In this document: positions 17,841-28,336 of the stretch, in pieces | How the letters are laid out: every line of letters starts with the position of its first letter | Numbering within the stretch: the stretch's first letter is position 1 | Source: Flavobacteriales bacterium | Lineage (GTDB): Bacteria > Bacteroidota > Bacteroidia > Flavobacteriales_C > CBFIFL01 | DNA: 64,000 nt | Direction of reading: 5' to 3' | NCBI GenBank assembly: GCA_965661855.1 | Contig: CBFIFL010000005.1 | Location: forward strand, 2,372 to 66,371 | Notes under the pieces: generated by a model | Databases searched by the model: none | Told to the model about the DNA's origin: nothing | What the model saw: only the letters and a program-made list of their open reading frames with translations | Program-made: the position numbers and the translations under genes

Positions 17841-20800
17841 ATGAAAATACTTGTTGTCATATTCTTATTGTTATCAACTGTTGTTTATAGTCAGTATGGT
17901 AATGAATGGATTAATTACTCTCAACAGTATTATTATTTTCCTGTAGTTGAAGATGGTGTTTATCGAGTAAGCAAGCAAGAGTTGAAAGATGCTGGTATGG
18001 ATGTGGATAATATAGATCCTAGAAATATCCAATTATTCGCACGTGGGGATGAGCAATATGTCCTTATCGAGGGTGAGTCAGATGGTTCTTTTGATGACAA
18101 TGACTATTTGGAGTTTTATGCAGAACATAACGATGGTTATTTGGATTCATTACTGTATGAAGACCCAAGACATCAGGTAAATCCATTTTTCAGTATATAC
18201 AACGATACTATAAAGTATTATGTGACTTGGAATAACTCTACTAGTAATATGCGTTATGAGGTAGTTAATGATGCCAATACGTCTGGGTTGACACCCATTT
18301 CATATCATAAGAGGGAGGAGTTAAAAAATTATGGTACTGAAACAGAGTATCACATGGGGCCTCAAACAAGTGCTGGAACTGAAAGAGTAGGTTTTGGGGA
18401 AGGAGAGGGTTTTGTAAGTACTAAGAATTATAAAGGTAATGGTAGGACACATGCGGTTGATATTGGTAATATTAGCACTGTAGGTGGTCTGACATATGAG
18501 TTTGAAACAGTTCTGATTGGTCAATCAAACGACCTAGCTACAAATCCAGACCATAATACGGAAATAACGATTAATGGTAGTTTGGTTGGAGATGTTCTTT
18601 ATGATAATAGAGAAATGGTAACATTTAACCATACTGGTTCAATGACAAGTCTGACCCCTACTTTTGATATAACGATTTATAGTGATGCAACTCATGTTTC
18701 GTCAATTGATACTTGGTCGGTAGCTTACTTAACTTTAAAGTATTATCATCAAAACGATTTTACCGATGACACCGAATTAAAAATATATTTAGATGATGAA
18801 GTTGGAGGAAAGTCATACGTAGAGTTAAGCGGTTATGATGATCAAGGAGTAGATGCATTGTTTTATGATATTACAAATGGAAAGAAAATAATAGTTCAAA
18901 ATGCCGCAACGCCTTTCGTGCTAGTTGCTAATTCAGGAAACGAAAAGGAATGTTTTATAAGTAATGAAAGTTTAATTAAAAATATAGATTATGTTAAACC
19001 CGTGGGGACTCAAGGGAATACAGCAATGTTTTTTGATTATAATTCATTGTCTTCTGATTATATAATACTAACTCATAATAATTACTTACAAGGAGCTTTA
19101 GATTATTCGGTTTACAGACAATCAACAGGATTTACTCCAATTGTAGTTGATGTTGAAGAGATATATCACCAATTTGGTGAAGGAGTATTTAGACATCCAC
19201 ATGGAATCAGAAGATTTTGTCAGTATGCAGAGGAAAATTGGCTAGTTGATCCAGAATTCCTTTTACTTATAGGAAAAGGTGTGTTTGACAATGGATCTTA
19301 TACGATTTCGAGAAGTACAAGGGGGAATATTGGAAATAATTTTATTCCAACTTACGGTTCTCCTGGTTCAGACCAGATGTTTACCGCAGGATTGGAAAAT
19401 AATTTTCTAGGTGATTATAAACCTTCAATGGCTACAGGTCGAATTGCCTGTTTAAGTGAAACTCAGATAAATGACTATTTAGCTAAGTTGATTGCTTGTG
19501 AGGCACAATCGCCAGCAATTTGGATGAAAAACATACTTCACTTTGCAGGAGGATCAAGTCAACAAGAGTCACAAACTTTTGTAACCTTTTTAAATCAAAT
19601 GAAGGATGTTATTGAAGATACCTTATATGGAGGGAATGTGAAAACATTTGTAAAGTATGATACTAATCCTATGACTGTTGACGTAGGAGATTCTTTAAGA
19701 CGAGTAATTGAAGAAGGAGTTTCAATTATGAACTTTATGGGGCATGCAAGTGGAACTAATTTTGATTACGCAATCGATGACCCAAATAGTTATGCTAATG
19801 AGGGTAAAAATCCCTTATACATGGGGGTTTCTTGTAGTGTAGGTAATATGTTTGGTAGATATAGCGGTTCAGGGATCGAGACATATGTTCTTGCAGGGCA
19901 ACGTGGAGGGATTGGTTTTATAGCGAGTTCAACAGTATCGATTGCTTCTTATGGAAATCAATTAGTTAGTAACCTTTATGAACAATTTTCTGGAGATTCA
20001 TACGGAGAGGGAGTTGGAGTTGGAATGGTGAGAGCTATAGATGCAATTCAGTCTAATAATGATCTAACAAAGAATACTGCTTTAACAATGAATTTACATG
20101 GTGATCCGGCTTATGTTGTTAATATGCATAGGAAGCCCGATTATACCGTTTATTCAGATGCATCAAATCTTTCACCTACTGTATATACAGTTCCTTCAGT
20201 TGTAACGACAGAATTAGATTCGTTTGATTTAGCCATCGAAGTAGCGAATATCGGTAGAGCAATAGATACTTCATTTTGGGTTAGTGTTACTAGATCTTAC
20301 CCTGGAGTTGGAATTCCAGATACGACTTATCAGATTCAAATGACCGATGTTCATTATAAGGATACAGCTTTATTAAGATTACCTGTAGATTTTATAAATG
20401 GTATTGGTATAAACAATATAAATATTCAGTTAGATTTTTTAGAGGAGATAGATGAACTGGATAATGTTGTGAATAATAACTTGAGTAACTACACTGTATT
20501 AATATCTAGTGGTAGTTTAATTCCAATTTATCCATATGAGTATTCAGTTATAGATAATCCGGTAACCAGTTTAGTCGCGTCAACAGGAGATGTTTTCGCA
20601 CCAAGTAAGGATTTTGTGTTTCAGATTGATACTACGGATGAGTTTAATAGTAATAGCCATTTTGTAGAGTACCATGTTAATCAATCCGGGGGAGTTGTTG
20701 AGTGGGACGTTAATACATATTCAGATTTGATGTCTTTGTTGTCTTCAAGTCCGGATTCAATGGTGTATTTCTGGAGAGTAAGTTTAGATACAAATGAAAC

Positions 20801-22931
20801 TGATGATGGACAATATAGTTGGAGAGAATCGTCTTTTCAGTATATAGCTGATAAGCAGGGGTGGGGACAAGATCACTTTCGACAGTTTAAGCACAGTAGT
20901 CTAGATCTTCTGAAATATAATTATGGATTATATGATTGGGGCTTTGGAGACAATATGAAAAGAGTACTTATAAAGACTAATAGGTATGGAGGTAGTAATA
21001 TTTGGAATGTTGGCTATTGGGTCGATAATTTACAACGTCACTCAGGGGTAGTAAGTGGAGCAGCATGGATGCATATCGGTATTTTAGATGCAAAGTCTTT
21101 GGCGTCTTGGACTGTTTATGATTATGATTTCAATCAATGGAATCTTCCAGGTTCTGGAGCAACCGTTTCTAATGGTTGGAATACCAATTCATTTATGTAT
21201 TTAACAGCTGATTATGCTAATGTTCTAGACGTACTGGATTCGGCCAAAGTTGGTGATTATTTTGTCTACTTCACTCGTAAAGGAGTTGCGATGCAAAACT
21301 GGGATGATGATTCCAAAAACATATTAGGTTCATATGGGGTTGATACAACCTTGACTAATTATCAGCTTGACGAGAATGGTGCGGTAAACAATGGATTAGG
21401 AGTAATATTCTTTGGGAAAAAAGGTGATCCGGCATCAACTAAAACGGTTATGGGAGATAATTATAATTCTTTTATTGAGCTTGATACAGCTGTTGCAAGT
21501 GCCTGGACACAAGGAGAAATGATATCCACATTAATTGGTCCTTCTTCAGATTGGCGTGAATTGTATTGGGATGCAGATATGATACAAGGTGAGAATGCTA
21601 TAGATGATTCAATGAATTTAGAAGTAATTGGTGTTGATTTAGCCGGTAATGAAGTTTCGATATTCGATTCAACAGTAATTAATGCAACGGTTCTAAATTT
21701 AAATGATCGAATCAATGCAAGTGCTTATCCATATATGAAGCTTAAAGCCAGTTTTGTTGATACGACCAATAATACGCCTATGCAAATGGATTATTGGCAT
21801 GTATTGTATGATGAGGTTCCTGAAGCTGCCTTAAATCCACAAATCAGTATGACAAGGCCCGATTCAGTTACTCAAGAAGGTTTTGATTATACATTTACCT
21901 ATTCTGTTGAGAACATTAGTAACACTGATATGGATAGTCTCCAGGTTAAATACTGGTTAACGGATCGAGATAATAATTTAGTGGTAAACGAATTTGTTAT
22001 GTATGAACCTCTTCTTGCTGGGGAGTTTATGACGGATACCTTGTCATTGAGTACTTTTGGTTTGGTCGGGGTAAATTCTATTTGGATTGAAGTAAACCCT
22101 TACGATGGTCCAACCGCATGGCAAGCTGAACGATATCACTTTAACAACTTAGCTAATTGGCAGTTTGAAGTAGTTCCAGATAATGAGAATCCATTATTGG
22201 ATGTTAGTTTTGATGGTGTTCATATATTGAACGGAGATGTAGTATCTCCTAGTCCAAGTATATTAATAAAGTTAGATGATGATAATGAGTTTTTGGCATT
22301 GAACGATACTTCATTGTTTGAAGTGTATGTTACTTATCCAGATGATATTTCTGTATTGCCAACACGTATTTATTTCTCAACCAGTGAGAATCCACAAAAT
22401 TTAATTTTTTCTCCTGCATCATTACCTGATAATGAAGCTACAATAGAATTTAATCCAGTGTTCGATCAAAATGGAGATTATACTTTATTAGTTAGAGGAA
22501 AGGACCGATCTGCAAATATTTCTGGATCTGGAGAAGATGGAGTGTATGATTATCGAATCGACTTTGAGGTTATCAATGAATCGACCGTCACTGGGGTGCT
22601 TAATTATCCAAATCCATTTTCGTCTTATACTCAGTTCGTTTTTACTTTAACGGGAAGTCAAATACCAGATCAGTTCTCCATTCAAATTATGTCGATCACC
22701 GGAAAAATAGTGAAGGAGATTACCATTGAAGAACTTGGAAGTTTACAAATTGGAAGAAATGTAACCGAATACAGATGGGATGGAACAGATAATTTTGGAG
22801 ATAGATTAGCCAATGGTGTTTACTTTTATAAAGTTTTCATTGGAAGTAATGGACAGTCCTTCGATCAGAAGGCTTCAGGAGCAGATCAGTATTTTCACAA
22901 AGGCTTTGGTAAGCTGTATATCATGCGATAA
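17841..22931 (+). CDS. 1696-aa C25 (gingipain/PorU-type) cysteine peptidase family protein with T9SS C-terminal domain; PorU-like sortase paralogue
   Basis: Signal peptide present. The C25-like core has MNFMGHASG (His codon 19743-19745), GVSCSVGN (Cys codon 19833-19835) and NLHGDPAY. C-terminal CTD is LNYPNPFSSYTQFVFTL...GVYFYKVFI...GKLYIMR. Its ATG follows the PorV-like stop with no gap. Confidence 0.7.
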   Translation: MKILVVIFLLLSTVVYSQYGNEWINYSQQYYYFPVVEDGVYRVSKQELKDAGMDVDNIDPRNIQLFARGDEQYVLIEGESDGSFDDNDYLEFYAEHNDGYLDSLLYEDPRHQVNPFFSIYNDTIKYYVTWNNSTSNMRYEVVNDANTSGLTPISYHKREELKNYGTETEYHMGPQTSAGTERVGFGEGEGFVSTKNYKGNGRTHAVDIGNISTVGGLTYEFETVLIGQSNDLATNPDHNTEITINGSLVGDVLYDNREMVTFNHTGSMTSLTPTFDITIYSDATHVSSIDTWSVAYLTLKYYHQNDFTDDTELKIYLDDEVGGKSYVELSGYDDQGVDALFYDITNGKKIIVQNAATPFVLVANSGNEKECFISNESLIKNIDYVKPVGTQGNTAMFFDYNSLSSDYIILTHNNYLQGALDYSVYRQSTGFTPIVVDVEEIYHQFGEGVFRHPHGIRRFCQYAEENWLVDPEFLLLIGKGVFDNGSYTISRSTRGNIGNNFIPTYGSPGSDQMFTAGLENNFLGDYKPSMATGRIACLSETQINDYLAKLIACEAQSPAIWMKNILHFAGGSSQQESQTFVTFLNQMKDVIEDTLYGGNVKTFVKYDTNPMTVDVGDSLRRVIEEGVSIMNFMGHASGTNFDYAIDDPNSYANEGKNPLYMGVSCSVGNMFGRYSGSGIETYVLAGQRGGIGFIASSTVSIASYGNQLVSNLYEQFSGDSYGEGVGVGMVRAIDAIQSNNDLTKNTALTMNLHGDPAYVVNMHRKPDYTVYSDASNLSPTVYTVPSVVTTELDSFDLAIEVANIGRAIDTSFWVSVTRSYPGVGIPDTTYQIQMTDVHYKDTALLRLPVDFINGIGINNINIQLDFLEEIDELDNVVNNNLSNYTVLISSGSLIPIYPYEYSVIDNPVTSLVASTGDVFAPSKDFVFQIDTTDEFNSNSHFVEYHVNQSGGVVEWDVNTYSDLMSLLSSSPDSMVYFWRVSLDTNETDDGQYSWRESSFQYIADKQGWGQDHFRQFKHSSLDLLKYNYGLYDWGFGDNMKRVLIKTNRYGGSNIWNVGYWVDNLQRHSGVVSGAAWMHIGILDAKSLASWTVYDYDFNQWNLPGSGATVSNGWNTNSFMYLTADYANVLDVLDSAKVGDYFVYFTRKGVAMQNWDDDSKNILGSYGVDTTLTNYQLDENGAVNNGLGVIFFGKKGDPASTKTVMGDNYNSFIELDTAVASAWTQGEMISTLIGPSSDWRELYWDADMIQGENAIDDSMNLEVIGVDLAGNEVSIFDSTVINATVLNLNDRINASAYPYMKLKASFVDTTNNTPMQMDYWHVLYDEVPEAALNPQISMTRPDSVTQEGFDYTFTYSVENISNTDMDSLQVKYWLTDRDNNLVVNEFVMYEPLLAGEFMTDTLSLSTFGLVGVNSIWIEVNPYDGPTAWQAERYHFNNLANWQFEVVPDNENPLLDVSFDGVHILNGDVVSPSPSILIKLDDDNEFLALNDTSLFEVYVTYPDDISVLPTRIYFSTSENPQNLIFSPASLPDNEATIEFNPVFDQNGDYTLLVRGKDRSANISGSGEDGVYDYRIDFEVINESTVTGVLNYPNPFSSYTQFVFTLTGSQIPDQFSIQIMSITGKIVKEITIEELGSLQIGRNVTEYRWDGTDNFGDRLANGVYFYKVFIGSNGQSFDQKASGADQYFHKGFGKLYIMR

Positions 22932-22940
22932 CTTTAGTTC

Positions 22941-24551
22941 ATGAAAAAGCTATTTCAATCGAATCCTTTTTTACTTAGTTCTAGTGCTTTACTATTGGGG
23001 TTTTCTTGGTTTCCTACCGGTATATTTCTGCTTATATTCATTGCTTTCGTTCCTTTGCTGATTTACTTGGATAAAGCTGCATTGAATGAGGTGAAGCCAT
23101 GGAAAGTATTCTTAGCATCATTTTTAGTTTTTGCTGTCTTTAATCTAATTACGTCTTGGTGGATTTATAACGCTGGTGGAATAACCGGCCTATTAGCTCC
23201 TATAATAGTGAATGGGATTTTGATGTCATTAACCATTTCACTTCAGTATGGAGTTAGAAGAAAACTAGATAGTAAATTTCATGCTTTAGTCTTTATCGGT
23301 TTCTGGATAGCTATGGAATATTTACATAGTCTTAATTGGGATTTATCATGGCCTTGGCTGTTCTTAGGGAACTCTTTATCACCCTACCCATTGTTGTATC
23401 AATTTTATGAGTTCACTGGAGTTAGAGGCGGAAGTTTATGGATTCTATTGGTAAACGTTGGTATTTATAAATGGCTACGTGTGTATTTGCATGCTGATAC
23501 GAAAATAGGACATGTTCCTTTTGTGATTAATAACCTTCTTAGGGTGGTAGTTCCAATCCTATTCTCTTTAGTGTTATTCAATCAAGATTTTGAATCGACC
23601 GGATCAACAAAGGTTCGAATAGTTCAGCCAAACATAGATCCGTATACGGATAAGTTTGATGAATCTAAGTACAGTACGCATGAATCCCTATTGAGGAAGC
23701 TATCCTTTGAGAAATCGGAAAACTTTAGTCCTGATATAGTTTTACTACCAGAGACATCTTTTCCTAAAGGAGAATGGGAAGAGAATATCGGAAGGTCTTA
23801 TTTGATAAATAGTTTTGATAAGCTGCGTAAAAAGCACAAAGTTAAAATGTGGTTAACTGGAATCTCTACGCATAAAAGAATGCAGTATGAAGGTGTTCCT
23901 CCAATTGCAGCTAGAGAAATGAGAGATGGGAGTTATTATGAAGCCTACAATTCAGCATTAGCTTTAAGCGATAATGGAAGGCAGATTTACCACAAGTCAA
24001 GATTGGTAGCCGGTGTTGAACAAGTTCCTTTTCTGGGAAGCTTGCCATTTTTGAGGTCTTTAGCTATGGACTTAGGAGGGGCTTCAGGTACTTTGGGGAC
24101 TCAAGAAGAGCGATCCGTCATGAAGGTGGATTCTGTCGCAATTGCACCTATTATTTGCTATGAATCGGTATATGGTGAGTATGTAACTGATTTTGTGCTG
24201 AACGGAGCTAATTTACTTTCAATCATTACTAATGATGCATGGTGGGGCGATACACCAGGGTATCAGCAGCATTTTCATTATGCTAGATTAAGAGCTGTTG
24301 AAAATAGAAGGTGTATAATAAGATCGGCTAATACGGGTATATCTGGAGTAATTGATCCGTATGGAAAAGTACAAGCATCATTACTTTATGATGTGGATGG
24401 TAGAATTGATGAAGAAGTAGAGCTTTATTCACACTTAACCTTCTTTACGAAATACGGTGATGTTTTAGGTAGGCTATGTCTGCTTTTAGTCGTTTATTTA
24501 TTCTTAGTTTCAAAAGTCAAAAAATATCAAAGGATTCGTCTAGACAGTTAA
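22941..24551 (+). CDS. lnt: Apolipoprotein N-acyltransferase
   Basis: N-terminal polytopic domain plus a CN-hydrolase domain carrying the E-K-C triad contexts LLPETSFP, YHKSRLVAGVEQVPF and PIICYESVY. Confidence 0.85.
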   Translation: MKKLFQSNPFLLSSSALLLGFSWFPTGIFLLIFIAFVPLLIYLDKAALNEVKPWKVFLASFLVFAVFNLITSWWIYNAGGITGLLAPIIVNGILMSLTISLQYGVRRKLDSKFHALVFIGFWIAMEYLHSLNWDLSWPWLFLGNSLSPYPLLYQFYEFTGVRGGSLWILLVNVGIYKWLRVYLHADTKIGHVPFVINNLLRVVVPILFSLVLFNQDFESTGSTKVRIVQPNIDPYTDKFDESKYSTHESLLRKLSFEKSENFSPDIVLLPETSFPKGEWEENIGRSYLINSFDKLRKKHKVKMWLTGISTHKRMQYEGVPPIAAREMRDGSYYEAYNSALALSDNGRQIYHKSRLVAGVEQVPFLGSLPFLRSLAMDLGGASGTLGTQEERSVMKVDSVAIAPIICYESVYGEYVTDFVLNGANLLSIITNDAWWGDTPGYQQHFHYARLRAVENRRCIIRSANTGISGVIDPYGKVQASLLYDVDGRIDEEVELYSHLTFFTKYGDVLGRLCLLLVVYLFLVSKVKKYQRIRLDS

Positions 24552-24593
24552 TCGTCATTCGTATTTTTACATAATCATTAAAAGATTTATACC

Positions 24594-25991
24594 ATGAGTA
24601 ATTATGATGTTGTTATTATAGGTTCAGGACCTGGAGGGTACGTTGCAGCAATTAGATGTGCGCAATTAGGAATGAAAACAGCTTTAATTGAGAAGTACAA
24701 TTCTTTGGGAGGTACTTGTTTAAATGTTGGATGTATTCCTTCTAAAGCATTGTTAGATTCTTCTGAGCATTTTCATAACGCAAAGCACACTTTTGCAACT
24801 CATGGAATTAAAATCAATGAGCCAAAGGTTGATTTGACTCAAATGATGAAAAGAAAAGAAGAAGTGATTTCTCAAACTGTAGGAGGGATTGATTTTTTAA
24901 TGAAAAAGAACAAAATCGACACTTATACTGGTGTTGGTTCTTTTGCAGATAAGAATACAATCATCATTAAAGGAGAAAAAGAAGAAAAGATTACTACGAA
25001 GAATACGATCATAGCGACAGGTTCGAAGCCTTCGAGTATTCCTGGAATTGAGATTGATAAGAAGAGAGTGATTTCTTCTACAGAAGCTTTAACGCTAAAA
25101 GAAGTTCCTAAGCACTTAATCGTTATTGGTGGTGGTGTAATCGGATTGGAGTTAGGCTCAGTTTACGCTCGTTTAGGAGCTGAGGTAACTGTTGTAGAAT
25201 ATATGGATTCATTGATTCCTACAATGGATGCTCAGTTAGGTAAAGAGTTAAAGAAGGTATTAAAGAAGCAAGGGTTTAAGTTAAACCTTTCTCATAAAGT
25301 TAAAGAAGTTAAAAATCTTGGAGATAAAGTTTTAGTGAAAGCTGAAAACAAAAAGGGAGAGATTGTTGAAATGGAAGGAGACTATTGTCTTGTATCTGTT
25401 GGAAGAAAGGCTTATACTGCTGGTTTAGGATTGGAGAACGCAGGTGTTAAGGTTGATGATAGAGGAAGAGTTGATGTTGATTCAAACTTGAGAACAAACG
25501 TAGAGGGAATCTACGCAATTGGTGATGTTGTAAAAGGGGCAATGCTTGCTCATAAAGCTGAAGAAGAAGGTGTTTTTGTTGCTGAAACAATTGCGGGTGA
25601 AAAACCACATATGGATCATAACTTAATCCCAGGTGTTGTTTACACATGGCCAGAAGTTGCTGCTGTTGGTAAAACAGAAGAGCAATTGAAAGCGGCAGGT
25701 GTTGAATATAAGTCTGGATCATTTCCTTTTAAGGCAAGTGGTAGAGCAAGAGCATCTATGGATTTAGATGGTTTTGTTAAGGTGTTAGCTGATAAAGAAA
25801 CGGATGAGATTTTAGGAGTTCATATGATTGGACCAAGAGTAGCAGATATGATTGCTGAAGCTGTGGTTGCAATGGAATATAGAGCTTCAGCTGAAGATAT
25901 CGCAAGAATTTGTCATGCTCACCCAACATTTACGGAGTCTTTTAAAGAGGCTGCTTTAGAGGCAACTGGTAAAAGAGCATTACATATCTAA
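24594..25991 (+). CDS. lpdA: Dihydrolipoyl dehydrogenase (E3)
   Basis: GSGPGGY FAD site, redox disulfide GGTCLNVGCIPSK, C-terminal HAHPTFTE. Confidence 0.95.
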   Translation: MSNYDVVIIGSGPGGYVAAIRCAQLGMKTALIEKYNSLGGTCLNVGCIPSKALLDSSEHFHNAKHTFATHGIKINEPKVDLTQMMKRKEEVISQTVGGIDFLMKKNKIDTYTGVGSFADKNTIIIKGEKEEKITTKNTIIATGSKPSSIPGIEIDKKRVISSTEALTLKEVPKHLIVIGGGVIGLELGSVYARLGAEVTVVEYMDSLIPTMDAQLGKELKKVLKKQGFKLNLSHKVKEVKNLGDKVLVKAENKKGEIVEMEGDYCLVSVGRKAYTAGLGLENAGVKVDDRGRVDVDSNLRTNVEGIYAIGDVVKGAMLAHKAEEEGVFVAETIAGEKPHMDHNLIPGVVYTWPEVAAVGKTEEQLKAAGVEYKSGSFPFKASGRARASMDLDGFVKVLADKETDEILGVHMIGPRVADMIAEAVVAMEYRASAEDIARICHAHPTFTESFKEAALEATGKRALHI

Positions 25992-26024
25992 TAAACAAAA
26001 TACTCCGACAAGGGTTGATAGGAT

Positions 26025-27044
26025 ATGAAAAAGGGTGTATTAATCATGAATTTGGGTACGCCGGATAGTCCGGAACCTTCTGATGTTGGTAGATATTTAA
26101 AAGAATTTCTTGGGGACGGTCGTGTCATCGATTTTCCGATTGTCCCAAGGAAATTACTGGTTAATGGAATTATCGTTCCTACTAGAAAAAGAAAGTCAAG
26201 CGCGGTTTATAAAAGGGTTTGGACAGAAGAAGGTTCTCCTTTGTTGCTTTATGGACAAAGTTTAGTGAAAAAAGTTGCAGCCAGGTTAGGGGAGGATTAC
26301 TCTGTTAAATTGGCAATGAGATATCAGAAGCCCGAGCTTTCAAAGGCAATGGCAGAATTTGCAGCTGAGAATGTGTCCGAATTATTATTGCTTCCTTTAT
26401 ATCCACAGTATTCATCTTCAACGACTGGTTCAACAATTGAAGCTGTTTTTAAAGAGGTTTCTAAGTGGCAAGTGGTTCCGAAGATTAATGTAATCAATGA
26501 TTTCTTTGATAATGATGATTACGTAACTTGCGTTGCTGATAGAGCTAAGGCATTTGATTTATCTTCTTATGATAAGATATTTTTCTCATACCATGGACTA
26601 CCGCAACGTCATTTGAATAAAACTCATGCGCAAGTGGGGCCTTGTGATATGAAGTGTCATGAGAAATATAATCCGAATCAAAGATTTTGTTATAAAGCGG
26701 CATGTTATCAAACAACTAGATTGATAGCGGAAAAATTAGGAATGTCAAAGGATCGGTATCAGGTTGTTTTTCAATCTCGTTTAGGAAAGGAAGAATGGAT
26801 TCAGCCTTATGCAGAAGATACCTTAATAGAAGCAGTGAAGGATGGTGCGAAAAGAATACTTTTCTTTTCACCAGCTTTTGTAGCTGATTGCTTGGAAACG
26901 TTGGATGAGATTGGAGTGGAGTATGAAGAAGTAGCTCATGAAAATGGGGATGGATCAGAAAAGGTCGATTTAGTTCCAAGTTTGAATGATGATGATGATT
27001 GGGCGGATACAATTACAAAAATGATTCAGAAAGAAATTGCTTAA
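26025..27044 (+). CDS. hemH: Ferrochelatase
   Basis: 339 aa with LMNLGTPDSP, LPLYPQYSSSTTGS, and YHGLP...FQSRLG. Confidence 0.92.
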   Translation: MKKGVLIMNLGTPDSPEPSDVGRYLKEFLGDGRVIDFPIVPRKLLVNGIIVPTRKRKSSAVYKRVWTEEGSPLLLYGQSLVKKVAARLGEDYSVKLAMRYQKPELSKAMAEFAAENVSELLLLPLYPQYSSSTTGSTIEAVFKEVSKWQVVPKINVINDFFDNDDYVTCVADRAKAFDLSSYDKIFFSYHGLPQRHLNKTHAQVGPCDMKCHEKYNPNQRFCYKAACYQTTRLIAEKLGMSKDRYQVVFQSRLGKEEWIQPYAEDTLIEAVKDGAKRILFFSPAFVADCLETLDEIGVEYEEVAHENGDGSEKVDLVPSLNDDDDWADTITKMIQKEIA

Positions 27045-28336
27045 TGCATTTAACGGAAGTTCAAGATCAGTTGAAAATACAACAAGTGAAAAATGCTTTG
27101 ATGGAATACTCAAGGCATTTTCGTTTTTCGGTGGTTTTGGACTCAAATACAAATTCCAATAAAAGCAATGGTTTTGCTGACTACGATTTAATTGCGGCAT
27201 TTTCTCAAAATGGAGAAACCGTTAGAGAAAATGTTACGGAGGAAGTCAATAAGCTTTGGGAAAAGAAGCAATGGAGGTTCTTATCGTTGACCTATGATTT
27301 TAAAAATGAAATAGAAGAACTGTCTTCTAATAATGCAGATAGACAAGAGTTCCCTGTATTATCTTGGTTCTGTCCACAGCTCTTGTTATTGGTTAAAAAT
27401 GGTCAAGCTTCTTTGTTTGTTGATGATGAAGAATCATTGAAAGTGGAGAAAAAGGAAGTAAGCTTGAATACTGATTTTGGGACTAAATTTCATTCTAGCT
27501 TATCAAAAGAAGACTATATCAATCATCTGGGAAGAATTAAAGAGCATATTTTAAGAGGTGATATTTACGAGATGAATTATTGCCAAGAGTTTTCTATTGA
27601 TGATATTAAACTTCAGCCTGAATGGTTATGGCAAGAAAGCTTACTAGCGGCTGACACACCTTTCTCTACTTATTTTAAATGTGATCATCATTATCTTATT
27701 TCAGGTAGCCCGGAACGATTTATAAAAAAGACAGGGAACAAGTTGCTTTCACAACCTATAAAAGGAACAATAGCAAGAGGAGTAAGCTCAGAAGAGGATG
27801 AAAAGAACAGAGCATTTTTACAAGCTAATTTAAAAGAGCAAAATGAAAATGTGATGATTGTCGATTTAGTCAGAAACGATTTGTCTAAAATAGCAGTCGA
27901 TGGAAGTGTAAACGTAGAGGAGCTTTATGGGGTTTATGCCTTTTCCAAGGTTTTTCATATGATTTCTAGTATATCATGTGAGCTGAAAGAAGATGTATCG
28001 TTTATTACCATTCTTCGCGCACTTTTTCCAATGGGATCAATGACTGGTGCTCCGAAGGTGAAGGCAATGGAATTAATTGAACTTTACGAGGAGTTTAAAA
28101 GAGGTATTTATAGTGGTACCGTTGGATATATTGATCCAGATGATAACTTCGATTTTAATGTTGTTATTCGTTCTTTAGTTTATAATTCAAAGAAAGATTA
28201 CCTTTCATATGCAGTTGGTGGTGCAATCACAAAAATGTCTGATCCAGTTTCAGAGTGGGAAGAATGCAGATTAAAAGCCTCAACGATGGAGATGATTTTA
28301 AGTAATTATGCTAGAAGAATTAAGGGCTTGTTGTAA
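27044..28336 (+). CDS. pabB: Aminodeoxychorismate synthase component I / chorismate-binding enzyme family
   Basis: Start moved to the ATG at 27044 (TAATG overlap with the hemH stop). Motifs seen are GDIYEMNYCQ, SGSPERF, PMGSMTGAPK, and GGAIT. Confidence 0.8.
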   Translation: MHLTEVQDQLKIQQVKNALMEYSRHFRFSVVLDSNTNSNKSNGFADYDLIAAFSQNGETVRENVTEEVNKLWEKKQWRFLSLTYDFKNEIEELSSNNADRQEFPVLSWFCPQLLLLVKNGQASLFVDDEESLKVEKKEVSLNTDFGTKFHSSLSKEDYINHLGRIKEHILRGDIYEMNYCQEFSIDDIKLQPEWLWQESLLAADTPFSTYFKCDHHYLISGSPERFIKKTGNKLLSQPIKGTIARGVSSEEDEKNRAFLQANLKEQNENVMIVDLVRNDLSKIAVDGSVNVEELYGVYAFSKVFHMISSISCELKEDVSFITILRALFPMGSMTGAPKVKAMELIELYEEFKRGIYSGTVGYIDPDDNFDFNVVIRSLVYNSKKDYLSYAVGGAITKMSDPVSEWEECRLKASTMEMILSNYARRIKGLL

